Shown: one piece after another, positions 39,101-51,100 of the stretch
How the letters are laid out: each line of letters begins with the position of its first letter
Position numbering within the stretch: the stretch's first letter is position 1
Source: Camelus ferus
Lineage: Eukaryota
Reading direction: 5' to 3'
Assembly (NCBI RefSeq): GCF_009834535.1
Contig: NC_045696.1
Location: 11,162,001-11,226,000, forward strand
Length of the DNA: 64,000 bases
The notes under the pieces: model-generated
The model's database searches: none
What the model was told of the DNA's origin: nothing
What the model saw: only the letters and a program-made list of their open reading frames with translations
Translations under genes and position numbers: made by a program

Positions 39101-42100
39101 GTGCTTTTCTTCCAGAAGCCCTGGTGGACCTGATGTCGGTGGTGGTGAGGATGTGCCCCTCTGTTTGCAAGAACAGCCACTTTGCAGTGCTCCTCGGGGC
39201 CTACGGCGCCACGCTCAGCATCCTGGGTGAGGGTGTGGGGACCGGGTGGTGGGAGCTGGTGGTGTGGAGACTGGGCGGTGGGACCGGGGACGGTGTGGGG
39301 ACCGGGTGGAGGGACCGCAAATGTGTATAAGGAATAGGATGCTGCCACCAAGAGGTTTTCTAAACTGACTCCCAACTGACTTCTAGACCAGAAGATTTTA
39401 CTTCTCCTCCGGGCGTATGAGCAGAACAACCTCAGCCTCATTGACTTCAGGTGAGTGTTGGGCCTGGCGGTGTGAGCGGCAGAATTGGCCTGTGGCTCAC
39501 ACTCCGCACAGCGAGCGCCACACCCGGGATTGTCTCTCAGGGAAGGGTGTGCGGGGCGGACCCCTCAGCTCACACTCCAGCTCTGGCATGGGCTGCTCTG
39601 GCCTCCCACCTGAGGGTGCTCTCTGGTGGTCCGGGGCCACGCCACTGAAGGACAGGTGTGTGTCTGTTGTCAGTATGCCCCCAGACTTACTCCTGGTTCA
39701 GGTGTCATTTAGTGGGTTTTTCTGAAAACCTTTCCTTCAAGCTTTGCTTTAGGTGGGAATGACTTGTGTGGGGACATGGGAGAAGGGTGAGGAGTGCTGA
39801 CCGGGTGTTAACCCACTCTTCCCCATCTGTGTGTGTGTGTGCAGTGTCTGTCCCTGGATTTGTCTCTTTCCTGTCTGTGTGTCTTTCTCTCTGTGTTCAT
39901 CTTGTCTGCCTTTCTCTGTCTCTGCTGGGTTTCCGGGGCTGCTTGCTGGCCTCTGTGGTGAGCGCAGCCCTGGGCTCCACGGGCGGGCGATTCCTCTCTC
40001 CAGGGCCCTGCCCCAGCTCTGCAAGGGCCGGGGCTAAGCTGTCTGTAGACAGCATCTGAGAATCTCTTTGCTGCCCTGGTTTCTTTTCTCCTTACCCTTT
40101 GGGACCAGCACCCTAGCATTATGAGGCGCTTTGTGTGCTAAGACAGGAAGTAAGGTTTCTGGGCCAAGGAAAATAGTTCAAGAGAACTCTTCAGGGAAGA
40201 GAAAAAAAATTTCCCTTGTAGAATATTTGGGGAAAAAAAAAAGATTAAAGATGTATTAACTAGAACCCACTCCCCACCCCCCAAAACAATAGCAAAAGCA
40301 ATTAAAAGAAGTCATTTTCTACCTCTTAAGAGTGCCCAGTTCATGCATGAACATTCTCCTTCCCTTCCCCTCATGGCCTCACCCTTTGGCTGCCTTGGAG
40401 CTGGTGCCACGGCCGCTGTGCCCTTTGTGGAATAAACAGCCCTGTGTGCACACGAGAGAGCAGAGGACACAGAAGCAGTTTCCCTCACGGCAAAGAGTGC
40501 ACCGTCCTCCCCACCCACCTCGGCAGCAGAACGCCCTCTTGGGGTTGACAAAAGTCCCACGAGGTGGCCCCTTGCGCACAAGGGTGAGGTTGGGCCCAGC
40601 TCCCGGGAGAAGAGGGTGTGAGCAGAGGACGGGCAGCTCACGGCACCCCATGCTGCTCAGGAACAGACTCAGGGTGGACGTCGCAGCCGCACTGTTAGGC
40701 GGGGGCACAGGCCTGAGTCAGAGGCTGTGCGGGGACCACTGGGCGCTCAGGACTGTGCCAGCAGGGTGGGCTTGTCCCGCTCCCTGCCTGTTCGAAGCCA
40801 AGGCCACCAGACCCCCTAAAGAAGGGTCTTCGCTTTCTAACTTGAGTGTCGGCTGTTGACTGTTATGGAAATGAGTCTATTTAAAAGAATTCTGTTTAGA
40901 AGTAGTTAACTCAATAGATGCTTGCTGAGTACCTGCTGTTTACAAGGCCCAGTGCCCGGCACTGGTGGGAATACCAGGAGGAGTAAAACACGGTCTCGCT
41001 GTCTGTTAGGGGATCAGACTGTCCTAAACGTGACTCTTTAAATTGGCTTCTGATTCACACACATGCTGTCACCCAGCTGTTCCAGGGCACACGGGAGCAT
41101 GCTGTCCCCTTGGGAGTCAGGGAAGACTCCAAGACCAGGTTGACACGGGAAGGGCAGGGAGGGACTTGACTGAGATGAGGCTGGTGGAGGAGCCTGGGGG
41201 CACTGGGTGGAGGGAGTGGCATCTTGACAGGTGGGAGGTGGGGAAGTCAGAACATCCCCGGGAATGGTGAGCAGGTCAGTTTGTCTGAATCATGGGTATG
41301 TCCTGTCTTCCCTAGAAAAGGTGGTGGGAAGGCCAGACAGGTTGGTTGGGAAGAATTTTGAGTACCAGCCTGAAATGTTCCTGTTTCCATCCAGGGGACG
41401 CCAGAGAGCTGATAGACATCTGGGGGCAGAGAAGTGGCCCTCAGCACAGCTGGGCTTTCCGGGAGCACCTCCAGTGGTGGGGAGGTCGATGAGCGGAGAG
41501 CAGGGACAAGGGTAGGGAGGAGGAGGGAGGCCTGTGTCATTTCCCAGGAGGAAGGCAAGATGGCCTCTCCAGGCAGCTGCCATGGGGGCTGGTGGTGTGA
41601 AAGGCAGTGGTGTATACGTGGGGGACTCTGGAGGTGGAGACAGCTCAAGGCCGTGCAGGCAGACCTGATCTGCTCGTGGCCACATGTTGAATGGGGAGAG
41701 GTTTGTATCAGTAAAGCATCATCGAGCTGCCAGGGTTCTGGCACAGTGGTCCAGCACAGACTCAGGAACTAGATGCCCCAGATTTGAATTCCTGCTCTGC
41801 CGCTTACCAGCTGGGCAGCTGACCAGCTGAGCTATACCTTCCAGATCCTTTCTGTGCCTCTTTTCCTGTTTTGCAAAAAGGGGATGATAATAGCACCTAC
41901 TTTATGAGATTGTTGTGCAGATTAAGTGAATTATTACATCTAAAAGGCTTAGTGTCCGTACATCATAAACTCTCCTTAAGCGTTGGCTCTGTCATCATCC
42001 TCTGCGCCATCACCGCACCCTCATCGTTGTCAGCCTCTCCATCACCCCTCCTTACCCCTAAATGGCGGATTAAATGACAGAACACATGAACTGCCCTTGG

Positions 42101-45100
42101 TACCTGGCACGTGCTAACTTCTCAGCAAAGCTGCTGACAGTGGTCATGCCGTCGTCTCCATCATGACCTCTGCTCCTGGCGGGGCCTGTGACCAGCCTGC
42201 TCTCCCCTCCGGCTCTAGGGTGCTGCTCTGGGGCCCAGCCGCCGTGGAGCATCACAAGACGTGCCGGAGCCTGGGCAAGTCGCTGTGGCAGCAGCCGAGC
42301 GTCGGGGACATCCTCCGCCTGCTGGACCGGGACCGCGTGATGAAGACTATCCTGCACTTCCCCCAGACCCGGAGGCTGCTGCCCCGCGAGGTGCGGGGGC
42401 TCGGGGCGAGGCCATGAGGGAGCCATCACGTCCCGTGGGTGCTATTCTGCCCGCCCCTCCGAGTGCTCCGATTACACCCTCCGCGTCAGCCGCTGTGAAA
42501 TCCAAGCACTGTTTTTCTTGTACTTTGGTAACTTAGAAGTAAAATTCCAACCATATGCAGAGGTGCAGAGACAGGACCCCACCACCCAACCTCAGCAGTT
42601 GTCAGCACTGGCCACGCTTGTTTCATTTATAACTTCTTCCCCCAAAAGCAAATCCCAAAGACATCATTTAATGTACAAGCGCTGTTTTTTACAACATTCA
42701 CGTATTACGTTTCTGAGGTTGAGCTGCACGTTCTGTTTGTTTTGGGCTATTTCAGGATGCACAGGAACTGATATTTAAAGACAAGAGCACAGCCGATCTC
42801 GATGGCCTTTATGACCCCTGCTTTCTCCTTCATCTCTTCAGTGAATTGACCCGGCCAGGTAATTGCAGCCTTGGGGGTGGGGGTTACTATTACCATAATT
42901 ACCACATTAGGACCTTGATCGTGAAAATAATTCTTGAAGGAACACAGCTGCCTTCTCACTTTTCCATTCCAGTGATTTTCAGCAAAGTGATAATTCATGT
43001 TTTGAACGTACAGTAATTTTTTTTAAGGGCATGTATAATTTTAAAATCCAGAGCATCCCTATGTCTTCGATGTTTTCCTAACCCTTAATGCTAAGAGCTG
43101 TTTCTGAATTTTTGCTGGATAGTGGTCATCTACCAGCAGAAATGAGAGATTTTGTCCTTGAGAATCAGTGAGAGCCTGCCGAGGTTGGCTTTTTCTTGGT
43201 TTAAGTATATTTTTGAAATTGCATTTTGTGTCTACTAGCCTGAGGGTGGAAGTCCTTGCGGGTGAACAGATGGAGGAGAGACAGAAAGAAGAAAAAGCAT
43301 TGCGTGTACCAACTGGTGAAGACCAGGGTCTGACTCCCATGCTGGTGGGATCTGTTGGTTTGGGGCATTTTGTCATCATTGGTGGGTAGTGATGTCTCAG
43401 TGTGGTTTGAATTTGCATTTTCCTCAGGGCTAATGATGTTGAAGATCTTTGGTAAAAATGTCAGTTCGTGTCTTTTGCCCAATCCTAATGGACTTGTTTC
43501 TTTGTTTTGTTCTTACTGTTGAGTTTTGAGGGTTCTTTATATATGGTAGATAGTAGTCCTGTTGATACGTAGTTTGCAGGTGTTTTCTCCCAGTGTGTGG
43601 CTTATTTTTTTACCCTCTTAACAGACTTTTTCTAAGAGCAAAAGTTTTTGATTTTGATGAAGCTGAGTTTATCAGTTTTTCCTTTTATGGGTCACATTTA
43701 TGGTGTCAAGTCTTAAGAAATCTTTGCCTATCCCTCGATCCCAAAGATTTTCTCCTATCTTTATTTCTGAAAGTTTTATAGTTGTAGGTTTTACATTTAC
43801 ATCTGAGATCTGTTTTGAATTAATTTTTGTACAAGGTGTGACCTTTAAGCCCAGTTTCATTTCTCGGCCTGTGGATGTTCTGTTCCAGCCCCATTTGTCT
43901 ATCTGCCATCTCCTCATCCTTCCTCCCAGTTACAGCCGGGCGGGGCAGAGTCCCAGCTCCCTGCGCTGACGCCTCCTCCTGGGAGGGCAGGAGCAGCCCA
44001 TCACTGCTCCTCATGTGGCCTCCACGGGCACCAAGCCAGGAGCCCTGTCCTTCCTCTGTACTAGGTGCCCAGTGGGGACCAGCAGAGCTGTCACTACAGG
44101 CAGGGTGCGGTGAGAGAGGCCAAGGCCTGTACCCTGCCTGTCTGCTCGTTGAATGGCCAGCGTGATGCCGGAGGAGCTCCCCGACTCCTTCCTCCCGGAC
44201 GTAATGGCCACGTGGATTAGGCGCTCCGGGAGACTGCGCCACTGATCTCCTGTTTTCTCCCTCTTTAGACGTGAAGTTGTCTTTTTATACTCAAATGCTC
44301 CTCCTTTGAACAGATTTGCTGATCCTCCACCACTGCCCTTTAGTTCCCAACAGGAAGACGAGAGGGCTGTGTTCCCAGAGGCTGCCCATCAGTAGCCCCT
44401 CCACAAACGCTGGGTCCTATGACTGAGCTAGATTTTCTTTGCAAGAGAGCAGGGGCATTTCATTTCAGGCAGATGTCAGAGGATGGTAACGGCAAGCGGA
44501 TCGGATCTCTTAATAGCCTGGCGACTGTTAGCAGCGACTAAGTGAGGCACGTCTCTAAGCTCTCTGACCCCTCCATGCCTTGGCGGTGCTGGCGAAGTCT
44601 GTTTCTCATCAAACATGAAAATAGATTTCCCACAGTCTAAAAATATGCAACTTCAGTCAGTTACAACAAATCATTTAGTCTGTTGATCTATCTCTCAGTA
44701 GAGCTTTTAGGAGACAGAAGGCCAAGGTTTGGAAAACTCTTAATAGAAAAATAGAATCAAGGCAGTGTTTTTCTGAGTCTTGAATATTGCCCTTTTGGGC
44801 GGCAGTAGCGAGAGGGCAGGCAGGCTCTGGAAGGCCTTTTGTGAGGAGAGGTAAGTGGTAAATGCTCTTGCAAGTTAGGGAAATCTCTAAATACAGCCTG
44901 CTTTACGTTTTACTGGTCTAATATAGATCAGAGTTCATCATCTGATAAAAAGAAGCCCACCAGCTCACCAAGAGAGGAAGACCCGAGCAGGAAAATGAGA
45001 CGTTGAACAGACCAGAGATCTGTGAACAGCTGAATGTCCAGTGTAGACCAGGTTTACTGTAGTTGAATTAAGCCACAAATCTTTTTTTATATTACTATTT

Positions 45101-48100
45101 TTTAAAGTTACTCCATTTACTTTTGCCCTGGTGGATGAGTAAGCATGAACAATGTCTAAAATAAACTTTTATCAAAGTGTGATAAGTAGGAACCCACACA
45201 AGTCATATACGTGTGGCTCGAGTTTTGGCCAAACCTCCAGCAGATAAAGGAACGGAACCTAATAACAGTTCCTCAGGCCCCTCCCTGGTCAGTACTCCTT
45301 CCTTCCCAGTGGGAGCCAGTGTCGTGTATTTGAACTTTATGTAAATGGCATTAAACACTATATATTTTTTGTATCAGTTCCATTTATCCACATTATATTT
45401 ATGAGATTCGTCCTTGCTGTGTGTAGCAGAAGTTCTCTGTGGCATGTTTTTACTTCCTGCAGTGGCACCTGGGTCCAAGTGTTGCTAAACATTTTGCAGT
45501 CCTAAATTGAGTGTGTGATTAGTTTTTATGTGTAGAGGCCAGGCTTCGGAGAAGCTAGTCTTACTGCTCCATTTCAGCCCTTCGCTGAAAATGGGAACCT
45601 GTTTTCTTAACCCCACTGCTACCCTTCTTTGAGTCCTTGGCTGAGAGGCAGGGCCAGCCAAGGCTGGTAGCAATGGCAGTGACAGATGCTTTTCCCACAG
45701 CAGATTCTTGCCCTCAAGAGACCCGGGCTGAGAGCTTGAGCTCCTAATTCACATATGCCACGGAACAGGGAGGCCTGTGTGCGGCTCTCCGAGCCTTGTC
45801 ACCAGGCCACTGGACACAGGCTCTGAGGGCCCCTCCTTGTGACGAGCCTTCTGGCCAGGCCGCCGCTTGGGAGGTTGTGTGAGAGGAGGCGTGAGGGAGA
45901 GCTCTTCATCCTCCCACGGGATCTGCACTAAAGCCCATAAAGCATGGGGTGCTTTTCATTTTAATCCTTGTAGTTGTCCTGGTTAAGCCATTTTGATCTG
46001 AAGATCTGTTATCACAAGGCCACACTGCTGTTTATGAGGCTCTTGAGACAAAGAGAATGGCATTTATAACTATTTTTAAATAGCACAATATATTTTCAAT
46101 ACCTGGAGGCAGTTCTTTTCCATACGTGTTACAAAGCCAAGCCTTCCGGAGAATAACAGAAATGAGCACAAAACATGAAACTGCCTTTTCCCCATGGACA
46201 TGTGGAAAACCCTTTTCTCTTAGAGAATGTCAGTGATTACTAAAAATATCCCTACCAGCTGAGTACTAGCTATTTTTAGTGAATGTGATATTAAATGTTC
46301 AGAGTTCTCTTTCTCGAATATATTCTATTTGTACGTTTTTTGTTATGTAAGTATGTAGGTGTATCTTAAACACATTTCATCTTTTCCAAAACAATACAAT
46401 TTTATGCCACAGTTTGATGCTTTGTAAAGTGTTCAGGTTTTTTCCTGCCCTTATCAAAGTAGTCACTTGTTAGAAATGAGAAAATTCAGTCCATAAGCTG
46501 TTAGAGCCCAGGAATCTTCTGATTGTTCTTTTTCCATCCTTTTACTTTTTTTTCCTTCCAGTTTTATTGAACTATAGTTGGCGTACAATTAAGGTGTGCA
46601 GCATAATGATTTGACTTACATACAGCATGACATGTTCACCACAGTAAGTTTAGTGAGCATCCATTATCTCATATAGATAGAAAGTAAAAGAAAGAAAAAA
46701 ATTTTTTTTCTTTGTGAAGAACTCTTCGGATTTACTTTCTTAACAACTTTAACATAGAACATAAAGCAGGGTTGATTAAATTATGTTGTACGTTACATCC
46801 TTAATATTTATTTATCTTATAACTAGAAGATTATACCTTTTGACTGCCTTCATCCAATTCGCCCTCCTTCTACCCCTTGCCTCTGGTAACCACAAATCTG
46901 GTTTCTTTTTCTGTGGGTTTGTTTGTTTGTCATTTTTAAAGTATAATGGACCTAAAACACTTTGTTAGGTCCTGGTACACAAAATAGTGATTCAGTATTT
47001 CTGTATATTTCAAAATGATCACCACTTTATCCTTTTACTTAAAGTTTGCATTTGATATTAAAAGTGGTTTCTTGTAGACAGGATATGCTTGGGTTTTGCT
47101 TTTTTATCCAGTCTGACCATCTCTGCCTTTTAGTCAGAATGTGTACACCATTTACATTTAATGTGATAATTGATCTGATTCCACCTTATTGTCTTTATTG
47201 GCTTTTAGCTATAATTTGTGTGTGTGCTTGTGAGTGTGTGCATTGGTTGCTTTGGGGTTTATAGTATACATCTTCAATTTATTGTGGCTTACTTTCAAGT
47301 GAGTTTATACCACCTGATGGATAATAGAAGCACCTTACAGTAGTATCGCTCTATCTCTCCCCTCCTGGCTTTGTGCTGTAATTACCTTTATTTTCACTCC
47401 ATAGTTATCATTCCTTGTTTTCTTCATTCCTTCATGTAGATCCAGATTTCCATCTTCTATAATTTTCCTTCTCCCCAAAATACATCGTTTAAGAATTCTT
47501 GTAGTTCAAAGCTGCTGGTGATAAATTCTTTCAGGTTTTTTATATCTGTAAAATCCTTTTTTCTCTCTGTGTTTCAGTTTGGATAGTTTCTGTGGCTGTC
47601 TTTAGGTTCATTGATCTTTTTTTCTGCAATGTCTAATCTGCTGATAATTCCATTCAGTGCCTTTTTCGTCTTAGACATCTTAACTTTCATCTCTAGAAGC
47701 TTGATTTGAGTTTTCATATCTTCCATGTCTCTGCTTAACATGCCCAGTCTTTCCTCTGAAAATGTAGAATTCAGTGATAATAACTGTTTAAATGTCTTTC
47801 TGTACTAATTCTGTTACCTGTATTATATCTGGGTCATTTTCAAATGGTCAATTTTTTTCTTTATAATGGGCCATATTCCTGCTTTTTTGAATGCCTGGTA
47901 ATTTTTATTGGAAGCAAGACATCGTGAATTTTACTTTGGTGCTGGTTATTTTTATATCCCTGTGAGTGCTTGTAAGCTTTTTTTTTTTAAATTTATTTAT
48001 TTTTTATTATTATTATTATTATTTTCGTGAGCTTTGTTCTAGGGCACACTCAGGTTACTTGGACATGGTTTCATCCTTTCCAGTGTTAAACGTCTAAGCT

Positions 48101-51100
48101 TGGTTAGGTGGGACCAAAGCAACATTGAATCTGGGACGAACTTTGCCCCACAACTGAGGTGAAATCCTCTGAGCACTCTGCCCTAGCCCGTGAGGATTCC
48201 GCCCTGGCTGGTGGGAACAGGAGCTATTTCTGGGCATGTGTGAGCCCAGGGTTGTCTCCGCCCATCCCTTTGGGTGCTTCTTTCCCAGCCTTGGGTGGCT
48301 TCCTCTTGCGCCCTTGCTGACTGGCACTCACTCAGCTGAAGACTGACACTCTCTCAGTGGCACGCTCTTCTCCAGGACTCTGCCTTGTCACTTCTGCCCC
48401 CTCGACCTCCCAGGTTCCCACCTCATCCACTCAGAGTTCCCCAGTCTCTGCCTCGTTTGCCTCCCAGTGCAACTCTCCAGCTGGGACGCTCAGAAGGTCG
48501 CCTTGTTTCCCATCTCGCAGGGACCGCTGTCCTTTGTTGCTTCGTGTCCAGTGTCTTGAAAGTCCTGGGTTCATTCCTTCAGTCATTTTTTCGTTGCTTG
48601 AGGTAGACAGCTGAATCTGGTTCCTATCACTCTCTCCTGGCTGGAAGTAGAAATCCTGGTTATTCTTTGATATGGTGTAAAAATTGAAAGACAGAGGAGG
48701 GGAGCTGTATGTAAGCGGCCCGCCCCCACCAGTCTGCCCTGGGTGGGATGCTGGCAGAGCTCCGAGGACCCTGCTGCTTCTGAGGGAGGGCAAACACAGC
48801 TCGCCCAGTGGGTAGGTCCCGGTCCCCTGGCGTGCCTCAGCCTCTCAGACCTCATCACCCCCAAGCAGAGCTGCAGGCATGGCCACAGGTCTCCGCTTCA
48901 TGGTTTCTAGTGACTTCTACACTTTGGGACAACCACCTATTTGGAGACCATTATGCGATTATGTAGCTTTTTGGACTAAGAAGTAGCTGATTATTATCAC
49001 TTTTCTTCTTGATTTACTCTTAGTTTGTTTTTGTTTTTAACTGCAAGCATTATTCTTTTAAAAGTCTAACTTTGGAGAGAGAAGAGGAAAAAAGAGTTTG
49101 ACTTTTAAAAAATATCATCAGTGGTATATGACTTATTCGGGATAGTCATTTCAGTTGGTTTATGTTTGGTTCCTAATTTAACTGGGTCACCAGTCCCTCA
49201 TTCTAGGTGATTATCATGGCCAAATACTGCATAGTCATTTTTAAACTAAGTGACCTAGGTCTGTTCTGAGGTTTTTCTTGACAGTATTTATATTGTAAAA
49301 AGGCCTGCGTTTTTACTAAAGAGGATTTCAAGTGTCCTGAATTTCAGGTGTGGTCAGGTGGGTCCCCTCATGGATCTGACCTTCTCTCTTGGTCACATCC
49401 TCTCCTGGAGCGATATGAGTTTCTCAAGGCCTCACAGGTGATGAATGGATATTAGTCAGCAGGCTCTCTGGCTGCAGCTTTTGCTCAAGCTCAGTGAGCT
49501 GCTCTTCTGTATGATTTTTGTCGTTTGTTTGAAGAAAGAACTAGGGTTGCAGAGTGGATATAAGTTAATCCTTCGTCAAATTGATGGGCCAGCTCAGGCT
49601 GGTTTGCACTGGCTCAGTTTCCCAGCATCACTGCCTTATGTATTTTCCTTGGCGGCATTTGTAGTTAGGAGCTCAGAGGCAGCAGGCTGGATGAGGTAGA
49701 TACCGTGAGCTGGCTTTCCTGCTGGCACCCAGTGGGACCTCACCTCTGTTCTCTGGCTCATTGAGTATTTGTGAGACGTAATGAAAGAATCCTGGTTGGG
49801 ATTTACAAGCATCTTAAAAGCTGGAGGCATGGTGATGATTGGCATGGAAGGGGAGATAGTCTTTTATCCGGTGTCAGAAGAAGTGAAGGGGAGCAGGAGA
49901 GAGACTTGCATTTCTTGTATCTGGCACACACACGTAGCCAACAGTGGTAAAATGCAAAAGGAAATCGAATTCTCCGTGTTGCACAAGCATTGCGGAATCG
50001 TGTGTGTGTGTATTTAATGCTTTATTTTATTTCTCGTAGAATTTGTGGTGGATTGTCGAAAATTTGTGGATTCCAATGCTCTGGGCCTCACCGTCATGGC
50101 CCTCAGCAGCTATGACCCCCAGATGCGAGCAGCGGCCTACTCCGTCCTGGCGGCCTACTACTCGCAGCTGGAGGGGGCGCGGTTCCGGGAGCAGTCCCAG
50201 GTGAGCAGGTGGAAGGACCCCTCAGGAACACAGAGGCGTGTTGCCAGGAGACCTGAGATAAAGAACAAAAGTCTGTCCCCTCCTGGGGGATGATGCTAGA
50301 GGTGGAGAGAGGTCTCCCCTTATAAACGCTCTTCTTGCATTGTGGGTGGGCAGAGCAGTTCTCATTTCTGTCGACTGTTTCCCTGGTCTGAAATCAGAGG
50401 TTATAACAGCTGTCATGCAGGACATATGAGGCCTCAGAAGCCATGCCCTGAGCTGTAGGGAACAGGAGTCACCTTTGGTGGTCCCCCAGGTGTGAGGAGG
50501 ATGCCTACAAAGCTGTGGTTTAGGCTGCTTAAGACCAGGCTGGTCACAGCTGTTCTGAAAATTCTCTTTTTTCCCCTTTTTTCTTGGTTTTAAGGTACTG
50601 TATCTCTTGGATGTTGTCCGGAATGGGATCCGAACTCAGAACATGAGACTCACCTTTATCCTGGCTCTCTTCATTGCCAAAGCAGCCCTGCAGATTTTGA
50701 AACCAGGTACCACTGATTGAAATCTGTCATAAAACTTTTTTTTGTTTTGTTTTAGTTAATGGTGAAAAGTCATAGAGTGTTGGTACTCTTAGAGACCACA
50801 TTCTTTGAGCCTAACGTGGTCATTTTCAGATGAGGAGACAGCCTCCCATCCGAGGCCCCCAAGGTCAAATAGCTTGTCCAAAGCCCCACAATTAGTCTGA
50901 AGTCAAGTTGCCATTAGAATTCAGGTCTGATTTTTATCTGTTCCTATATCATTTTTATTATGTGGTTTTTTTCCTTTACTTTAGAAATTATGGGAGGAAA
51001 GAAGGTAGTTAAGCATTTGTAGACTCTAAAGAAAATCCCAGCAGAGGTCACAGTGAATGGTCTCGGCCTCCTGTCCAGTCCGTGCCACCTGGGCGAGCCG

